Assembly: GCA_963665665.1 (NCBI GenBank)
Contig: OY762428.1
Span: 4,992,001 to 5,056,000, forward strand
Direction: 5' to 3'
Length of the DNA stretch: 64,000 nt
From: Candidatus Kapaibacterium sp.
Lineage (GTDB): Bacteria; Bacteroidota; Ignavibacteria; Kapaibacteriales; UBA2268
Shown here: positions 27,901 through 38,633 of the stretch, piece after piece
Layout: the number at the start of each line of letters is the position of its first letter
How positions within the stretch are numbered: position 1 is the stretch's first letter
Translations under genes and position numbers: made by a program
Notes under the pieces: model-generated
Seen by the model: only the letters and a program-made list of their open reading frames with translations
Database searches by the model: none
Told to the model about the DNA's origin: nothing

Positions 27901-29557
27901 ATCCCTCCTTCCCAAGTTGCACTTGGGAAGGTCAATTTCTTGTAAAGTTATACTTTGGAATTATGAAGCACAGCTTCAATTGAAAATTGCATTACGAAGT
28001 GCAACTTCGTAATGAGGGGGGCAGAAAGTGGCCGAAGCAAAGTACCGAAGGTTTAAACTATTGCCGCCCTGTTCTTCTTCAAAGCCCTTCCCTTCGGGGG
28101 AGGGTTTGGGAGGGGTCAGAGGTATTGAGGTCTTGTTTGCACCTATTGCAGCAATGTTTAATTATAATGAACTCTTGGTCGAAGCAATTGCTGCCTTGTT
28201 CGAAGCTATTGAACCGATGTTCTAAGCCATTGCTGCCTTGGTCTAAGTTATTGCTGCCTTGGTCTAAGTTATTGCTGCCTTGGTCTAAGTTATTGCACTT
28301 ATGTTCTAAGCCATTGTTGCCTTGGTCGAAGTTATTGACCCCTTGGTCGAAGTCATTGATGCCTTGGTCGGAGTCATTGATGCCTTGTTCCAAATCGATG
28401 CACCGATGTTCTAAGTCATTGCTGCCTTGTTTTACTTCAAAGCCCTCTCCTTCGGGGAGGGTTTGGGAGGGGTCGAAGTTATTACACCGATGTTTTATTC
28501 AATTGCTGCCTTGTTCGAAGCTATTGCACCGATGTTTTATTCAATTGCTGTCTTGTTTCGAGGTAATGATTGCTTGTGTAGCGTTGAAATCCGAAATATT
28601 TAACGGATTGTATTATTTACAATACCTGAATAATAAAATATATCATAAGAATTAGTAAATATTTAAGTATTTGTAGTAAATATATTTATAGAATAATTAA
28701 ATAATCATATAGATTTACAATATTAATAATATAACTAATCAAATAAATAATTTATACAAGACATTAATCACTAAATAGTATTATTTATTATTCTATTTTT
28801 ATAAAATTAATTATGTATCCAAGTATATATTTAATTGTCCTAACAAATTAGCCATACTTATTAATTAATAGGTTAGAATTGATATTTAATAATTCATAAA
28901 ACGAAATTAATAAATTATACTGATAATTTAATTATATGTATAAAATATTTAGTTATTTATATAAAAAGTTTTGTTAGATAAACTATATCAAGGCTTGGAT
29001 ATATGATATATATTATTATAAATACTATATATTTAATATAAATAGTATAATATTTAATATTATAGATTAAATATTTAATTATAAGTTCCATCTATAGACT
29101 ATTCTCATCTCTACCTTCAGGATTTCAATGCCAAACAAGTGAGCAATGAAGCGGAAAAAGCAAGCAATGAGGCGGAACAAGCATACAGTAAGGCGAAACA
29201 AGACTTCAATGAAGCGGAACAAGACATCAGTAAGGCGAAATTTCATTACATTAAGGCGGGACAAGCAAGCAATAAGGCAGGACAAGGCAGTATTAAGCCC
29301 TGCAAACAAAGCGATTAGCCCCAACATCAGGGTTTTGATTAAAAACAGCATTGAAACAAGGAAATTATCCGGTTCATTGAAACCACAGGATAGGGAATTA
29401 AGGCCGGCGGCCTGTTCATTGGGGTGGAAGAACGGGGGGTAAGAGCCGGAGAAGGAGGTGTTATGTTGTCATTCTGACGGAGCTTGCGACTGAAGAATCC
29501 ATCTTCCTTTGCAGATTAGGTATTAAGAATGGATTCTTCTCTGGCGCTCAGAATGAC
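27901..29557. repeat. Composite dispersed element, copy A (inverted relative to 43614-45003)
   Basis: Four-hairpin block 27903-28021; REP-like hairpin 28079-28117; 21-bp array 28122-28583; AT-rich centre; opposite-facing 21-bp array 29130-29297; conserved segment to ~29460; GTCATTCTGA hairpin 29467-29557. Confidence 0.85.
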
Positions 29558-29634
29558 CTTCCAGCCTTATAATCGTCAAATTCAATAGACAGGTGCTCTA
29601 TCTCGTGGATAAATGTGCAAGGTGCGAAGGCAAA

Positions 29635-29672
29635 AAAAAACTCACCCGACAAAGAAATTATCGGATGAGTAA
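29635..29672 (-). terminator. Terminator of the OmpA-family gene
   Basis: ACTCACCCGA..TCGGATGAGT stem next to an A-run. Confidence 0.6.
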
Positions 29673-29691
29673 TTTATTTATGTTTAAGAGT

Positions 29692-31758
29692 CTATTCTTT
29701 TTCTTTAACAGGAGTTATCACTTCAATTCTTACAGTACGGCAGTAGAAACGACCTTCCGGAAGGTCATTGTCGTACAATAGCTGGCTCTCGCCAAGTCCT
29801 TCTACTCTGGCATTTGGTATTCCCAGCATACGTGAAGCCGACCTTGCACGTCTTTCGGATAACTTCTTATTATCGTCTTCGTCGCCAATTCTGTCAGAAT
29901 ATCCGTAAATAACAATAGATGCATCGCCGTTGAACCTGTTCTTAACAAAATTCAGAACCTTGCGGTGCTCCCTGCCAAGCTTGGATTTTCCATAATCAAA
30001 AAGAATAAGGCTGTAGTATTCGAATTCTTTGTCTGCTTTCCTTTCGAGCCGCTTCCTGTCTATAGTGATCTGCTCTACTGAAAGCCATTTTTTCTTAGTT
30101 GTTATCTTCTGCCCCAGGCTGTCGCTCACACTAAGAGTATAGCTGACATTTGCATAGTTTTTCGGGGCATTTGTATCTTTCTGATTTATCACCCAATCCA
30201 GTGAAGCCGGGATATTCCCATTGCCGCTGAACTCTTTCAGAACTTTTTTGCCCTGTATTGCCTGCAACTTCCATTCTTTGATTCCAAAAGCGGAATTAGC
30301 AACAGGATAGAATTTCAATCTGGTTGTTGACAGAATTCTAAGAGTATCAGTTGTCATAACAGGCTCTCCGAGAACATTCCCCCGGGAAACAATTTCCACA
30401 CGGCGGTTCTCGGCATCGGGGCCTTCCTCGTCGGATCGGGAAGCCTGACGCGGCAGGTTCCGTGCACTAATACGCATTCTTTTCTCATCAATTCCCCATA
30501 CATCCCGCAGGTAATCCCTGACGGACTCTGCCCTGGCTTTGGATAGTTCTTTATTGCCCTTTTCATTTCCGGAATTGGAATTACAACCAATCAGGGTAAT
30601 TCTTTCTTTAGGATTTTCATTAAGGCGCTTGCCGAAAATATTCAGAACCTGGTAATAGGTTTGTACTGCATCAAGATTCTGCAATTTCTTAAGATCAAAT
30701 TTTGCGGTATCTTTAGCATTTAGCCTGATATATCTGTCAGGAATATTTGAACTGTCCTCGGCAAAGAAAACGTAGTTCAGAAGAGGCCGCATATTCAGCG
30801 ATATAAAATCTTCTATCCTGATATTAAAGTTTTTATTTTCTTTACCGCTACTGTCAACCTTCACGGCATAGACAGACGCGTTCAGTTCAGGTGGCTTTAC
30901 CGGCTCCGGCAATTTTTCCGGATTCGGTGGATCGAGTGGCGGCGGTGGAGGAGGAGGGGGCGGCGGAGGTTGTTTGTATTTGAGTGACAATCCTGCACGA
31001 ATTGTATGGACACCCCATGTTTTACCACTAACAACCGGTGTAAACCAATAAGAATAGAATACCTCCGGGGCTATTAAAAAAGACCGCCTGCGATTCATCG
31101 GAAGTTCGTAACTTATTCCAACATTGAAAGCCAATTGCATGGCAGCATTTTCCAGATCGCCTGAAAAAACATTACGCACCCTTGTTGAATCAAGGAAAGT
31201 TCCCCTGTCAGAGGGATTAACAATTTCTTCTTTCTGGTCATAAGTTTTAGTCATTGGGAAACCGGCACGGACACTTGCATGGCCAAACAGATAATCAATT
31301 ATCCGGTAACCTGCTCCCAGTTCGAACCCGAGAGTGGACAGCCCTATATCCAGAGTATGCTCGAATTCACCCTGACGTGAAACTCCGTCAACCAAAACAG
31401 TTGTTTCTTCCACTTTACTTAGCAGGCCGTTATAAACAGAATAAGAAACCCTGCCGTTGATATGCCACTTGTAATCTACTGGATAATCAACCAAAGCTCC
31501 GATAGCAATTCCGGTTCCATCACCGGAAGTAAATGTAGGACAGCAATTCGGCACATTATCAAGTTTTTTGAAATCGGAAGCATGGAAATTCAGGTTATAG
31601 CCGCCAAATATTCCAAATCTTGGCTTTAACTCATTAGTATCGGCTTCCATCCCCTGATTATCCGCCGATACTAACCAATAAGGGCTTAGCCCGAAAAACA
31701 GAGCCAAAAGAAAAGTAAAAATATTTCTTTTTTGTGAACTGATAAAATCTCGATTCAA
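29692..31758 (-). CDS. OmpA-family outer-membrane protein: beta-barrel, poly-Pro linker, two OmpA_C-like domains
   Basis: Alternating beta-strands; PPPPPPPPPPP linker; LSKARAESVRDYL..ENRRVEI and ILFDYGKS..GYSDRIG..LSERRA..CRTVRIEV. Confidence 0.9.
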   Translation of the reverse strand: MNRDFISSQKRNIFTFLLALFFGLSPYWLVSADNQGMEADTNELKPRFGIFGGYNLNFHASDFKKLDNVPNCCPTFTSGDGTGIAIGALVDYPVDYKWHINGRVSYSVYNGLLSKVEETTVLVDGVSRQGEFEHTLDIGLSTLGFELGAGYRIIDYLFGHASVRAGFPMTKTYDQKEEIVNPSDRGTFLDSTRVRNVFSGDLENAAMQLAFNVGISYELPMNRRRSFLIAPEVFYSYWFTPVVSGKTWGVHTIRAGLSLKYKQPPPPPPPPPPPLDPPNPEKLPEPVKPPELNASVYAVKVDSSGKENKNFNIRIEDFISLNMRPLLNYVFFAEDSSNIPDRYIRLNAKDTAKFDLKKLQNLDAVQTYYQVLNIFGKRLNENPKERITLIGCNSNSGNEKGNKELSKARAESVRDYLRDVWGIDEKRMRISARNLPRQASRSDEEGPDAENRRVEIVSRGNVLGEPVMTTDTLRILSTTRLKFYPVANSAFGIKEWKLQAIQGKKVLKEFSGNGNIPASLDWVINQKDTNAPKNYANVSYTLSVSDSLGQKITTKKKWLSVEQITIDRKRLERKADKEFEYYSLILFDYGKSKLGREHRKVLNFVKNRFNGDASIVIYGYSDRIGDEDDNKKLSERRARSASRMLGIPNARVEGLGESQLLYDNDLPEGRFYCRTVRIEVITPVKEKE

Positions 31759-32096
31759 ATCATCCCCCTCGAATTTCGCGAAAATCGTTTCGGCTTATGC
31801 CGTATCAAATCAATTTACAAATGTAATCAATGCTAATTAAATCCAGAAATAATATTTAGTTCTGCAAGCTGTTAGTAGTAAAAAAAATCAAATTTACGGT
31901 TAATAATCATCAATTTATCCTATTTATCCAACAAATCAGCCATGGAGAACCGGAAATAAAAATGTTTGTTATTTCCGTTCCATTCCCGAAATCAATTGGC
32001 CTTTGTCCTATAAATCAGAAGCAGCAGGGATTTAAACATATAATATTTCTCTGAGAACTACTATGGCTTGATATTTCAATTTCGTGGAAATATATT

Positions 32097-32112
32097 TGGC
32101 AGGCATTTTGTA
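32097..32112 (+). promoter_or_regulatory. Sigma-54 promoter candidate
   Basis: TGGCAGGCATTTTGTA with -24/-12 spacing, ~75 bp upstream of ATG 32188. Confidence 0.4.
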
Positions 32113-32187
32113 TATTATATTTATGATTTTAGATTTTCATGAAAGATTATTTTTATTTAACAAAATAAATCATTAACAGGTATTGAA

Positions 32188-32763
32188 ATGACTGAAAAAA
32201 AATCAAATGTATTAAAAGCAGATGAAAATAATGACAACGAGCACATTATTAATCCGTTTCAGGACGAGTTCGATCCAGCTTCGGTTGTAAATAAAAATGT
32301 AATTGATAAAGAGCAGGCAGAAAGTTCGAATATAATTAGCGAGAGTTTAGAAGCTAAAAAAGATGAAGAAGAAATCGAAGAATTACTTTCAGCAGACGAG
32401 GAAGAAATAAAAAAGAATGTTTTCGAACCTGGAATTGGTACCGATGAAGATATCGTTGATGATGAGATGGAAATGAAGAAAAATCTTTTCAAGGATTTCC
32501 TTGCTGTTCCCAAGATCAGCGGTAAAACAGTAGGTATACCTCACTCCAACCTTATTCCTGAAGAAATACTAAAAAACAGGGGTAAGAAAATTGAAATTAA
32601 TGATGACCCGATTGTTGATGATGACGAACATAGCCGCACAACGATCATGATAAATAAAAATGCCGAAGGTGAAATTGAAAGTATCGAAGTTTATTGCGCT
32701 TGTGGTGAGCGAACAATGATAAAACTAAATTACGATAATGACGAAGAAACTGAAGAGGAATAA
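32188..32763 (+). CDS. Acidic hypothetical protein with a small C-terminal CxCG domain
   Basis: D/E-rich N-terminus; IESIEVYCACGERTMIKLNY. Confidence 0.75.
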   Translation: MTEKKSNVLKADENNDNEHIINPFQDEFDPASVVNKNVIDKEQAESSNIISESLEAKKDEEEIEELLSADEEEIKKNVFEPGIGTDEDIVDDEMEMKKNLFKDFLAVPKISGKTVGIPHSNLIPEEILKNRGKKIEINDDPIVDDDEHSRTTIMINKNAEGEIESIEVYCACGERTMIKLNYDNDEETEEE

Positions 32764-32765
32764 AA

Positions 32766-33047
32766 TTAATACTCGATCTGAGTGTGAAGGCCTATTTCCT
32801 CTAATACACCGCTAATTCTAAGGCAATCATTCATTTCACCGTCGAATACGCATGCTTTGCCTTTGGTGTGAACCTCCCATGTAAGGTTTTCTGCTTTATC
32901 CCGCCCGCAACCCACAGCTTTGATAATCTGTTCAATAACCTCATCAAAAGTGTGCCAGTCGTCGTTGAATAAAATAACCTTGGATGCCAGAGCCGTATCA
33001 TTCGGAGTTAATACTTCCGGTTCGGCAACAGACTGATTGTCTTCCAT
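32766..33047 (-). CDS. clpS: ATP-dependent Clp protease adaptor ClpS
   Basis: KVILFNDDWHTFDEVI..A..LTWEVH.KGKA.V; likely start ATG 33047. Confidence 0.9.
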   Translation of the reverse strand: MEDNQSVAEPEVLTPNDTALASKVILFNDDWHTFDEVIEQIIKAVGCGRDKAENLTWEVHTKGKACVFDGEMNDCLRISGVLEEIGLHTQIEY

Positions 33048-33521
33048 ATATATTGCGCTTATCATCTTATCCCAATGTAACTTTTTTATCCGAGCACAAT
33101 TAAATAAAAATCTCAAAAAAAATCAAGAAAATAATGTCGGTTTATGCGAATTGGCAATATTCCATGATCTGATAAATACGGGAATTGATTCCTTCCTTTT
33201 GATTAGGATGCCCCAAAATAAATCGAGACAGGATGATTGCAGGCTTACAGAACCCGCGACTGATTAATCCATCTTTTTCTTTATGATAGTTCATTAAGAA
33301 CAGACTTTTCGCTTCTTTCAGATTGGCATTGCTTATAATTATTTAAAGATATCTGAGATATTGTTTTTTTGCTGGTTAGCAAGGTTTGGATATAATCAAT
33401 AAAAAAACCGGGCAATATATATTTGAAGAATTGCCCGGAAAAACTAAAATTTGAAAATGATCCTGTTTTAATCATTTACTGGATAATCGTACCGATTCGT
33501 ATAAATGATAAGAATGATATA

Positions 33522-34292
33522 TCAAAAACCAATTATCTTTGATTCTAATGCAAAATACCTTTCAAGTTCATCTTTATAATTCGATGTCAACCTTTTGGTA
33601 AGAGCCATAGAGTTATGATTGAAACCACATAATTCGTGTGCCTGGTTGATAGCAGACTGCCTGAAATTTTCAATTGGCAAAACCTCGTGAATCAGGAATT
33701 TTTCTTTAGCTGTATCAACTTTTATTTCGCCCTGGTGGTACAGAAATGCATTAGCTTCACCCTGTCCCATAAATCTTGGTAAAAAGAAAGGTAGTGCCCC
33801 TGCAGGATGCATTCCATATTTGGAGTGAGGCAGGCAGTATTTCATGTCATCGGCAGCAAAGCGAAAGTCAAAGCTCAGGCTAAGCCCGAAGAAAGGCGTA
33901 ACAACTGTATCCTGAAGAGCAATGATTGTAATTTTCCTGAAATCAACCATTTTCAGGATAAAAGTTCTGAAAGTATTCATCTGGCGGGCCCGAATCAGTT
34001 TTTTCTCTGATTCATCCATACGGATTCCGCCATCATCTTCATTATTGAAGAATTTTGTCATGAAGTCATCATAAACCGTATTTCCGAAGGCATCATGGTT
34101 ATTCATAACCATAATAGCATCAATTACAGGATCCTTTTCAACCCAATTAATTAGTTCAATAAGGTTGCCGCCCTTTTCCAGATCGGAAATACTCGAAAAA
34201 AATAAATTTTTAAGTTCGATAAGTGCTATTTTGTTTTCTACGGAAAATGAAAGTTCATCATTTTCAAACCGGAATGTATCTGAATTTTCCAT
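33522..34292 (-). CDS. Crotonase/enoyl-CoA hydratase-fold protein, divergent
   Basis: KITIIAL..GLSLSFDFRFAA....Y.LP..KYGMHP.G...FFLPRFMG. Confidence 0.75.
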   Translation of the reverse strand: MENSDTFRFENDELSFSVENKIALIELKNLFFSSISDLEKGGNLIELINWVEKDPVIDAIMVMNNHDAFGNTVYDDFMTKFFNNEDDGGIRMDESEKKLIRARQMNTFRTFILKMVDFRKITIIALQDTVVTPFFGLSLSFDFRFAADDMKYCLPHSKYGMHPAGALPFFLPRFMGQGEANAFLYHQGEIKVDTAKEKFLIHEVLPIENFRQSAINQAHELCGFNHNSMALTKRLTSNYKDELERYFALESKIIGF

Positions 34293-34377
34293 AAATCACC
34301 TGACTAATTTTATTTAAAATATCCGGTAAATCTTTCTTTATTTTAACATTAAATAATATTAAAAGCAAGTAAAAAAT

Positions 34378-34403
34378 AAAAAAAACGGGGCCTGAGCCCC
34401 GTA
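34378..34403 (-). terminator. Terminator of the efflux operon
   Basis: ACGGGGC..GCCCCGT hairpin next to an A-run. Confidence 0.75.
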
Positions 34404-34406
34404 AAT

Positions 34407-37400
34407 TTATATTTTCATTTGAGTTTTTCTTCCAATACCTAACATTCTTTTTATCATATTCCATAACAAATCAAAAATATAGACAGAAGCAGGTATTACG
34501 ACAAGTGTTAATAATGTTGATGAAACAAGGCCGCCAATAGATACAACACCCATAGGTTGTCTCATTTCAGCTCCTGCATCACCTATACCAAGAGCCATCG
34601 GAAGCATACCCAGAATCAATGCCAGTGTAGACATCATAATTGGTTTCAACTTTGTAGGACATGCCTGAATTAAAGCATCTTTCATTTTCATACCCTCGTC
34701 ACGAACAAGCTGGTTAGTATAGTCCAGCATCAGGATGGCATTGTTCACCACTATACCAATAAGCATAATAATTGCCATCAATGCTGTAATACCAAGTGCA
34801 ATGTTTGTATAATATAATGAAGTTACAGCTCCAATGAAAGCAAGAGGTAAAGTACTTAAAATGATAATAGGCTGGAAGAAACTCTCAAGTATTGCTGCAA
34901 GTAACATATAAGTGAGAATAACAGCAATAAAGAAAGCAAATCCCATGTCAAGAATCATTTCATTCATCATTTTAGTATTACCACCCCATTCATACCTGTA
35001 GCCCGGAGGGAATTCAATATCAGCCATTTTCTTATCAATAGCAGCAGTAACATCACCAATTGGCACACCCTCTGCATTACCACCTGTTATCTGGATCGCA
35101 ATGTATTTATCCCTGTGAATAATCTTGGTGAATCCCGTAGTAAATTTCACATCGGCAACCTGTGACAGCCTGTATGTACCACCTGGACCTACCAGAGGTA
35201 TATTACCGATTTTTTCAGGGGTATTAGTTGACTCGTCATCGAGTGTAACAATTATGTCATACTCGTTACCAAGTTCGCGATATTTTGTTGATTCGATACC
35301 TTCGATTGCAGAACGAAGGGTCATGGCTATGTCAAAGACTGTCAGGCCCGATTCTGAAAGTTTATCCCTTTTCGGATAAACAGTTATTTCAGGTTTACCG
35401 GCCCTCGAACTATTATCAAGGTTTATAAGGCCGGGGACATCCTTGATAGCTTCCATTGTCTGTTCTTTCAGAACTTCAACCTCTTCCAGGTCCTGTCCTA
35501 ATATAAAGAACTCAACCGGATTCTGGCCAGGGCCTTCATTATCTGCCCTTTTCACTGTAATATTCATATTCGGAATTTTTGCAAGGTCTTCGGTAAACAC
35601 ATCAATAAGCTTACCAAGTCCGATTTCCCTTTCTTTGGCATCCACAAGATTTATATTTATCAAAGCCATATTGGTACCAATATCCATATCGGATTTCTTA
35701 CCAAGGGTTGTAAGAATATCAATTACTTCTTCATGCTTACTTAATTTTTCTTCAATCTCTTTTATTGAATTCGATGTTTCCTTTAAATTATAACCCTGTG
35801 GAAGTTCTACCTCAACCATCAATTTACCATTATCGGAAGCAGGAATGAACTCAAATCCAAGATGAGGACCATAAATCATTAGTGAACCAACAAGAATAAT
35901 ACCTGTTACTATAAGTATTCCAAGAGAAATAATCCAATTCTTCAGTGAAACAGTAAGTATCTTCCTGTAGAAATCGTCCCATTTCCTGTAGAATGCATCG
36001 AATGCTGCACCAATTCTGCCAACTTTTGCAGTTTTTGGAAGGATGAGTGATGCAAGCATCGGCGTAAGTGTAAATGACATGAAAATGGAAAATATCGTTG
36101 CAAATACGGCTGTCAGAGCCAGTTCTTTCATGAACTGCCCCACGAGCGAAGACATGTTGGCAATTGGCAGAAATACAACAAGGTTCGTCATTGTTGAAGC
36201 CAAAACTGCTACTGTTACTTCTTTAGTACCAATATAAGCAGCTTCTTTCGGCATTTTACCCATGTTCCTGTGGCGGAAAATATTTTCAAGAACAACAACC
36301 GAGTTGGCAACAAGCACACCAATTGAAACTGATAGGCCCATCAATGTCATCATGTTCATAGTCAGCCCGGCGGCAGACATAAGCATGAATGTAGATATAA
36401 TAGATGTAGGCATTGACAGAGCAACAATTAATGTAGACCTGAAATTTGCAAGGAAAAGTAAAAGAACAATTGATGTAAAAATAACACCAAGAAGAACATT
36501 GCTCATTGTATCGTCAACAGTTGATCGGGTAAATACAGAATTATCAGAAATAATTTCCAATTTACATCCGGCAGGAAGGGTTTTCTCAATATCCGGAAGT
36601 GTAGCCCTGACTGCCTCTGCAACTTTCACAACATTACCATCTGTACTTTTTACAATACCCAGCCTTACAACATTTTCGTCCCTGAATTTATTTTTCACGT
36701 TGAAATAAACAGCTCTCTGGCGGATTTTTTTACCCCCGTCAACAACTGTGGCAAACTGCTTAATCTTCTTCGGGCCAAATGCGGTTGGAACCCGGAGTTC
36801 TTCAATAGCTTTAGTATCGGGAAATTCTCCGTCGAGCCTTACTGTGTATTCCTGATCGCCTATCTGGAAATAACCACCGGGGATATCACGGTTCTGGTAT
36901 GCCAGTAATTGAAGCATCTGCGGAAGGGAGATTGAATTTTCAAAAGCAACCCTGTTGTTCATTACAACCTGGATTTCTCTTTCCTGGCCGCCGGTTGCGT
37001 CAACCCTTGCCACACCCTGAATCTGTGAGAATCTGTCTTTCAGGGTTTTATCAGCAATATCATATAATTCCCTTGGGTCTATATCACCACTCAGAACAAC
37101 CTGCATAATCGGGAATGCCCTGAAGTCAACTTTCTCAACAATAGGTTTCTCGGCATCAGTTGGCAGGTCGTTTATAATAGCATCAACCTTATCCTTTACT
37201 TCCTGGTTGGCAACATTAACATCCTTGGTCATTTTAAACTGAATAATAACAACAGAAGCTCCGTCAAGTGAATAAGACAGAAGCTGTTCAATTTCACTAA
37301 CAGTAGCAACAGCGTCTTCAATTTTCTTGGAGATCTGCGTCTCAATTTCTTTTGGCCCGGCTCCCGGGTAAACTGTCTGGATAGTAATATATGGTATTTC

Positions 37401-37520
37401 CACGTCCGGCATCTGGTTCAGATTCATTCCGAAATAAGCAATACCGCCAAATATCAGAAATACCAGGATTATCATTGTTGTCATAACCGGCCGGTTTATT
37501 GACATTTTTGCAAGAAACAT
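34407..37520 (-). CDS. RND efflux permease (AcrB/AcrD/AcrF family)
   Basis: SINRPV; YPGAGP.EIE; two TM bundles; GIVVNNAILMLD..KLKPIMMST. Confidence 0.95.
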   Translation of the reverse strand: MFLAKMSINRPVMTTMIILVFLIFGGIAYFGMNLNQMPDVEIPYITIQTVYPGAGPKEIETQISKKIEDAVATVSEIEQLLSYSLDGASVVIIQFKMTKDVNVANQEVKDKVDAIINDLPTDAEKPIVEKVDFRAFPIMQVVLSGDIDPRELYDIADKTLKDRFSQIQGVARVDATGGQEREIQVVMNNRVAFENSISLPQMLQLLAYQNRDIPGGYFQIGDQEYTVRLDGEFPDTKAIEELRVPTAFGPKKIKQFATVVDGGKKIRQRAVYFNVKNKFRDENVVRLGIVKSTDGNVVKVAEAVRATLPDIEKTLPAGCKLEIISDNSVFTRSTVDDTMSNVLLGVIFTSIVLLLFLANFRSTLIVALSMPTSIISTFMLMSAAGLTMNMMTLMGLSVSIGVLVANSVVVLENIFRHRNMGKMPKEAAYIGTKEVTVAVLASTMTNLVVFLPIANMSSLVGQFMKELALTAVFATIFSIFMSFTLTPMLASLILPKTAKVGRIGAAFDAFYRKWDDFYRKILTVSLKNWIISLGILIVTGIILVGSLMIYGPHLGFEFIPASDNGKLMVEVELPQGYNLKETSNSIKEIEEKLSKHEEVIDILTTLGKKSDMDIGTNMALININLVDAKEREIGLGKLIDVFTEDLAKIPNMNITVKRADNEGPGQNPVEFFILGQDLEEVEVLKEQTMEAIKDVPGLINLDNSSRAGKPEITVYPKRDKLSESGLTVFDIAMTLRSAIEGIESTKYRELGNEYDIIVTLDDESTNTPEKIGNIPLVGPGGTYRLSQVADVKFTTGFTKIIHRDKYIAIQITGGNAEGVPIGDVTAAIDKKMADIEFPPGYRYEWGGNTKMMNEMILDMGFAFFIAVILTYMLLAAILESFFQPIIILSTLPLAFIGAVTSLYYTNIALGITALMAIIMLIGIVVNNAILMLDYTNQLVRDEGMKMKDALIQACPTKLKPIMMSTLALILGMLPMALGIGDAGAEMRQPMGVVSIGGLVSSTLLTLVVIPASVYIFDLLWNMIKRMLGIGRKTQMKI

Positions 37521-37559
37521 TTTTCTCGTCCTTAGTTTCTAAATTAATTAATCATTCAA

Positions 37560-38609
37560 TTATTCTACAACCGAGATTTTCTTACCTTCTTCAACCAGGG
37601 CCTGCCCCTGTGTGATAATCATCTCGCTGCCGTCTAATCCGTCGGTTATTTCAATTTCAACGCCACTTTCCTGGCCTGTTTTAACATACTGTTTAACAGC
37701 ATTTCCTTTTAAATCCACATATACAAATTTGCCTTTTTCATCTTTGTTAATCAGATGTCTCTTCAGAACAAATGTTTCAGGATTTGTATAAGTATTGATA
37801 TAAATATCAGTCATAACCCCGGATTTCAACATTCTTGAAGGATTCGGGAAGAGAATTTCCACGCCGAAGGCACGTTTATCTTTGTCCATTGTAAGGGTTA
37901 CTTCCGAAACCCTGCCGCGCAGGGTATCCTTGTCAATCAGAATAAATGAACTCATTCCATTCTTTATAAAAGCAGCTTCTTCTTCTGATGCCCATATTTT
38001 CGCTTTCATTTGTCCAAGCTGGGCAACAGTGAACAAAGGCTTACCCTGTCCTACAATATCGCCAACTTTGTGTTTCATTTCAACAACAGTACCGCTAATC
38101 GGAGATTCAACATTCAATAACTGATTTAGTTGTTCATAATTTCTTTTATTAACGAGATACTGTGTTTCTGCCTGATCAAAATTCTGTTGTGAAGTTTCGC
38201 CCGCTTCAAGAAGAGCTTTCATCCTGTTGTAAGTTTTCTCTGCAATATCAAGGGCTGCTTTTGCCTGATCAAATTGCAATGCCGGATTATCCGTAGGGAA
38301 CTCAATTACAACCTGGTCTTCTTTTACGAAGTCGCCGACTTTTGCATTGATTTTTGCGATCTTATCATTTACCATACCCATAACAGGCGTCTGACGAATT
38401 CCTGAAAGCTGTGCATAGAAAGTCATGGATTTGACAAACTCTTTTTTAACAGGTTTTTCCACTTTCACCGGAACGCCGTCTTCGTTCCTGATCTGTTCCA
38501 TACTTCTTGCTGTTTCCTGCTTTTCCTCGGAGCAGGCAGAAAAAACTATGGCAGCCATAACGGCTAAGGATAAAAGGAAGTTCTTTTGTTTAGTTAATGT
38601 TGTTCTCAT
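37560..38609 (-). CDS. RND membrane fusion (periplasmic adaptor) lipoprotein
   Basis: Lipobox FSAC; SPISGTV..VGD lipoyl halves around a coiled hairpin. Confidence 0.93.
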   Translation of the reverse strand: MRTTLTKQKNFLLSLAVMAAIVFSACSEEKQETARSMEQIRNEDGVPVKVEKPVKKEFVKSMTFYAQLSGIRQTPVMGMVNDKIAKINAKVGDFVKEDQVVIEFPTDNPALQFDQAKAALDIAEKTYNRMKALLEAGETSQQNFDQAETQYLVNKRNYEQLNQLLNVESPISGTVVEMKHKVGDIVGQGKPLFTVAQLGQMKAKIWASEEEAAFIKNGMSSFILIDKDTLRGRVSEVTLTMDKDKRAFGVEILFPNPSRMLKSGVMTDIYINTYTNPETFVLKRHLINKDEKGKFVYVDLKGNAVKQYVKTGQESGVEIEITDGLDGSEMIITQGQALVEEGKKISVVE

Positions 38610-38633
38610 GATATTTATTACTCCTGATATAAA

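Noticed and set aside
27987-29442. ORFs across the arrays of copy A
   Set aside because: Open in several frames and both strands, interrupted by hairpins, with no credible start or RBS.
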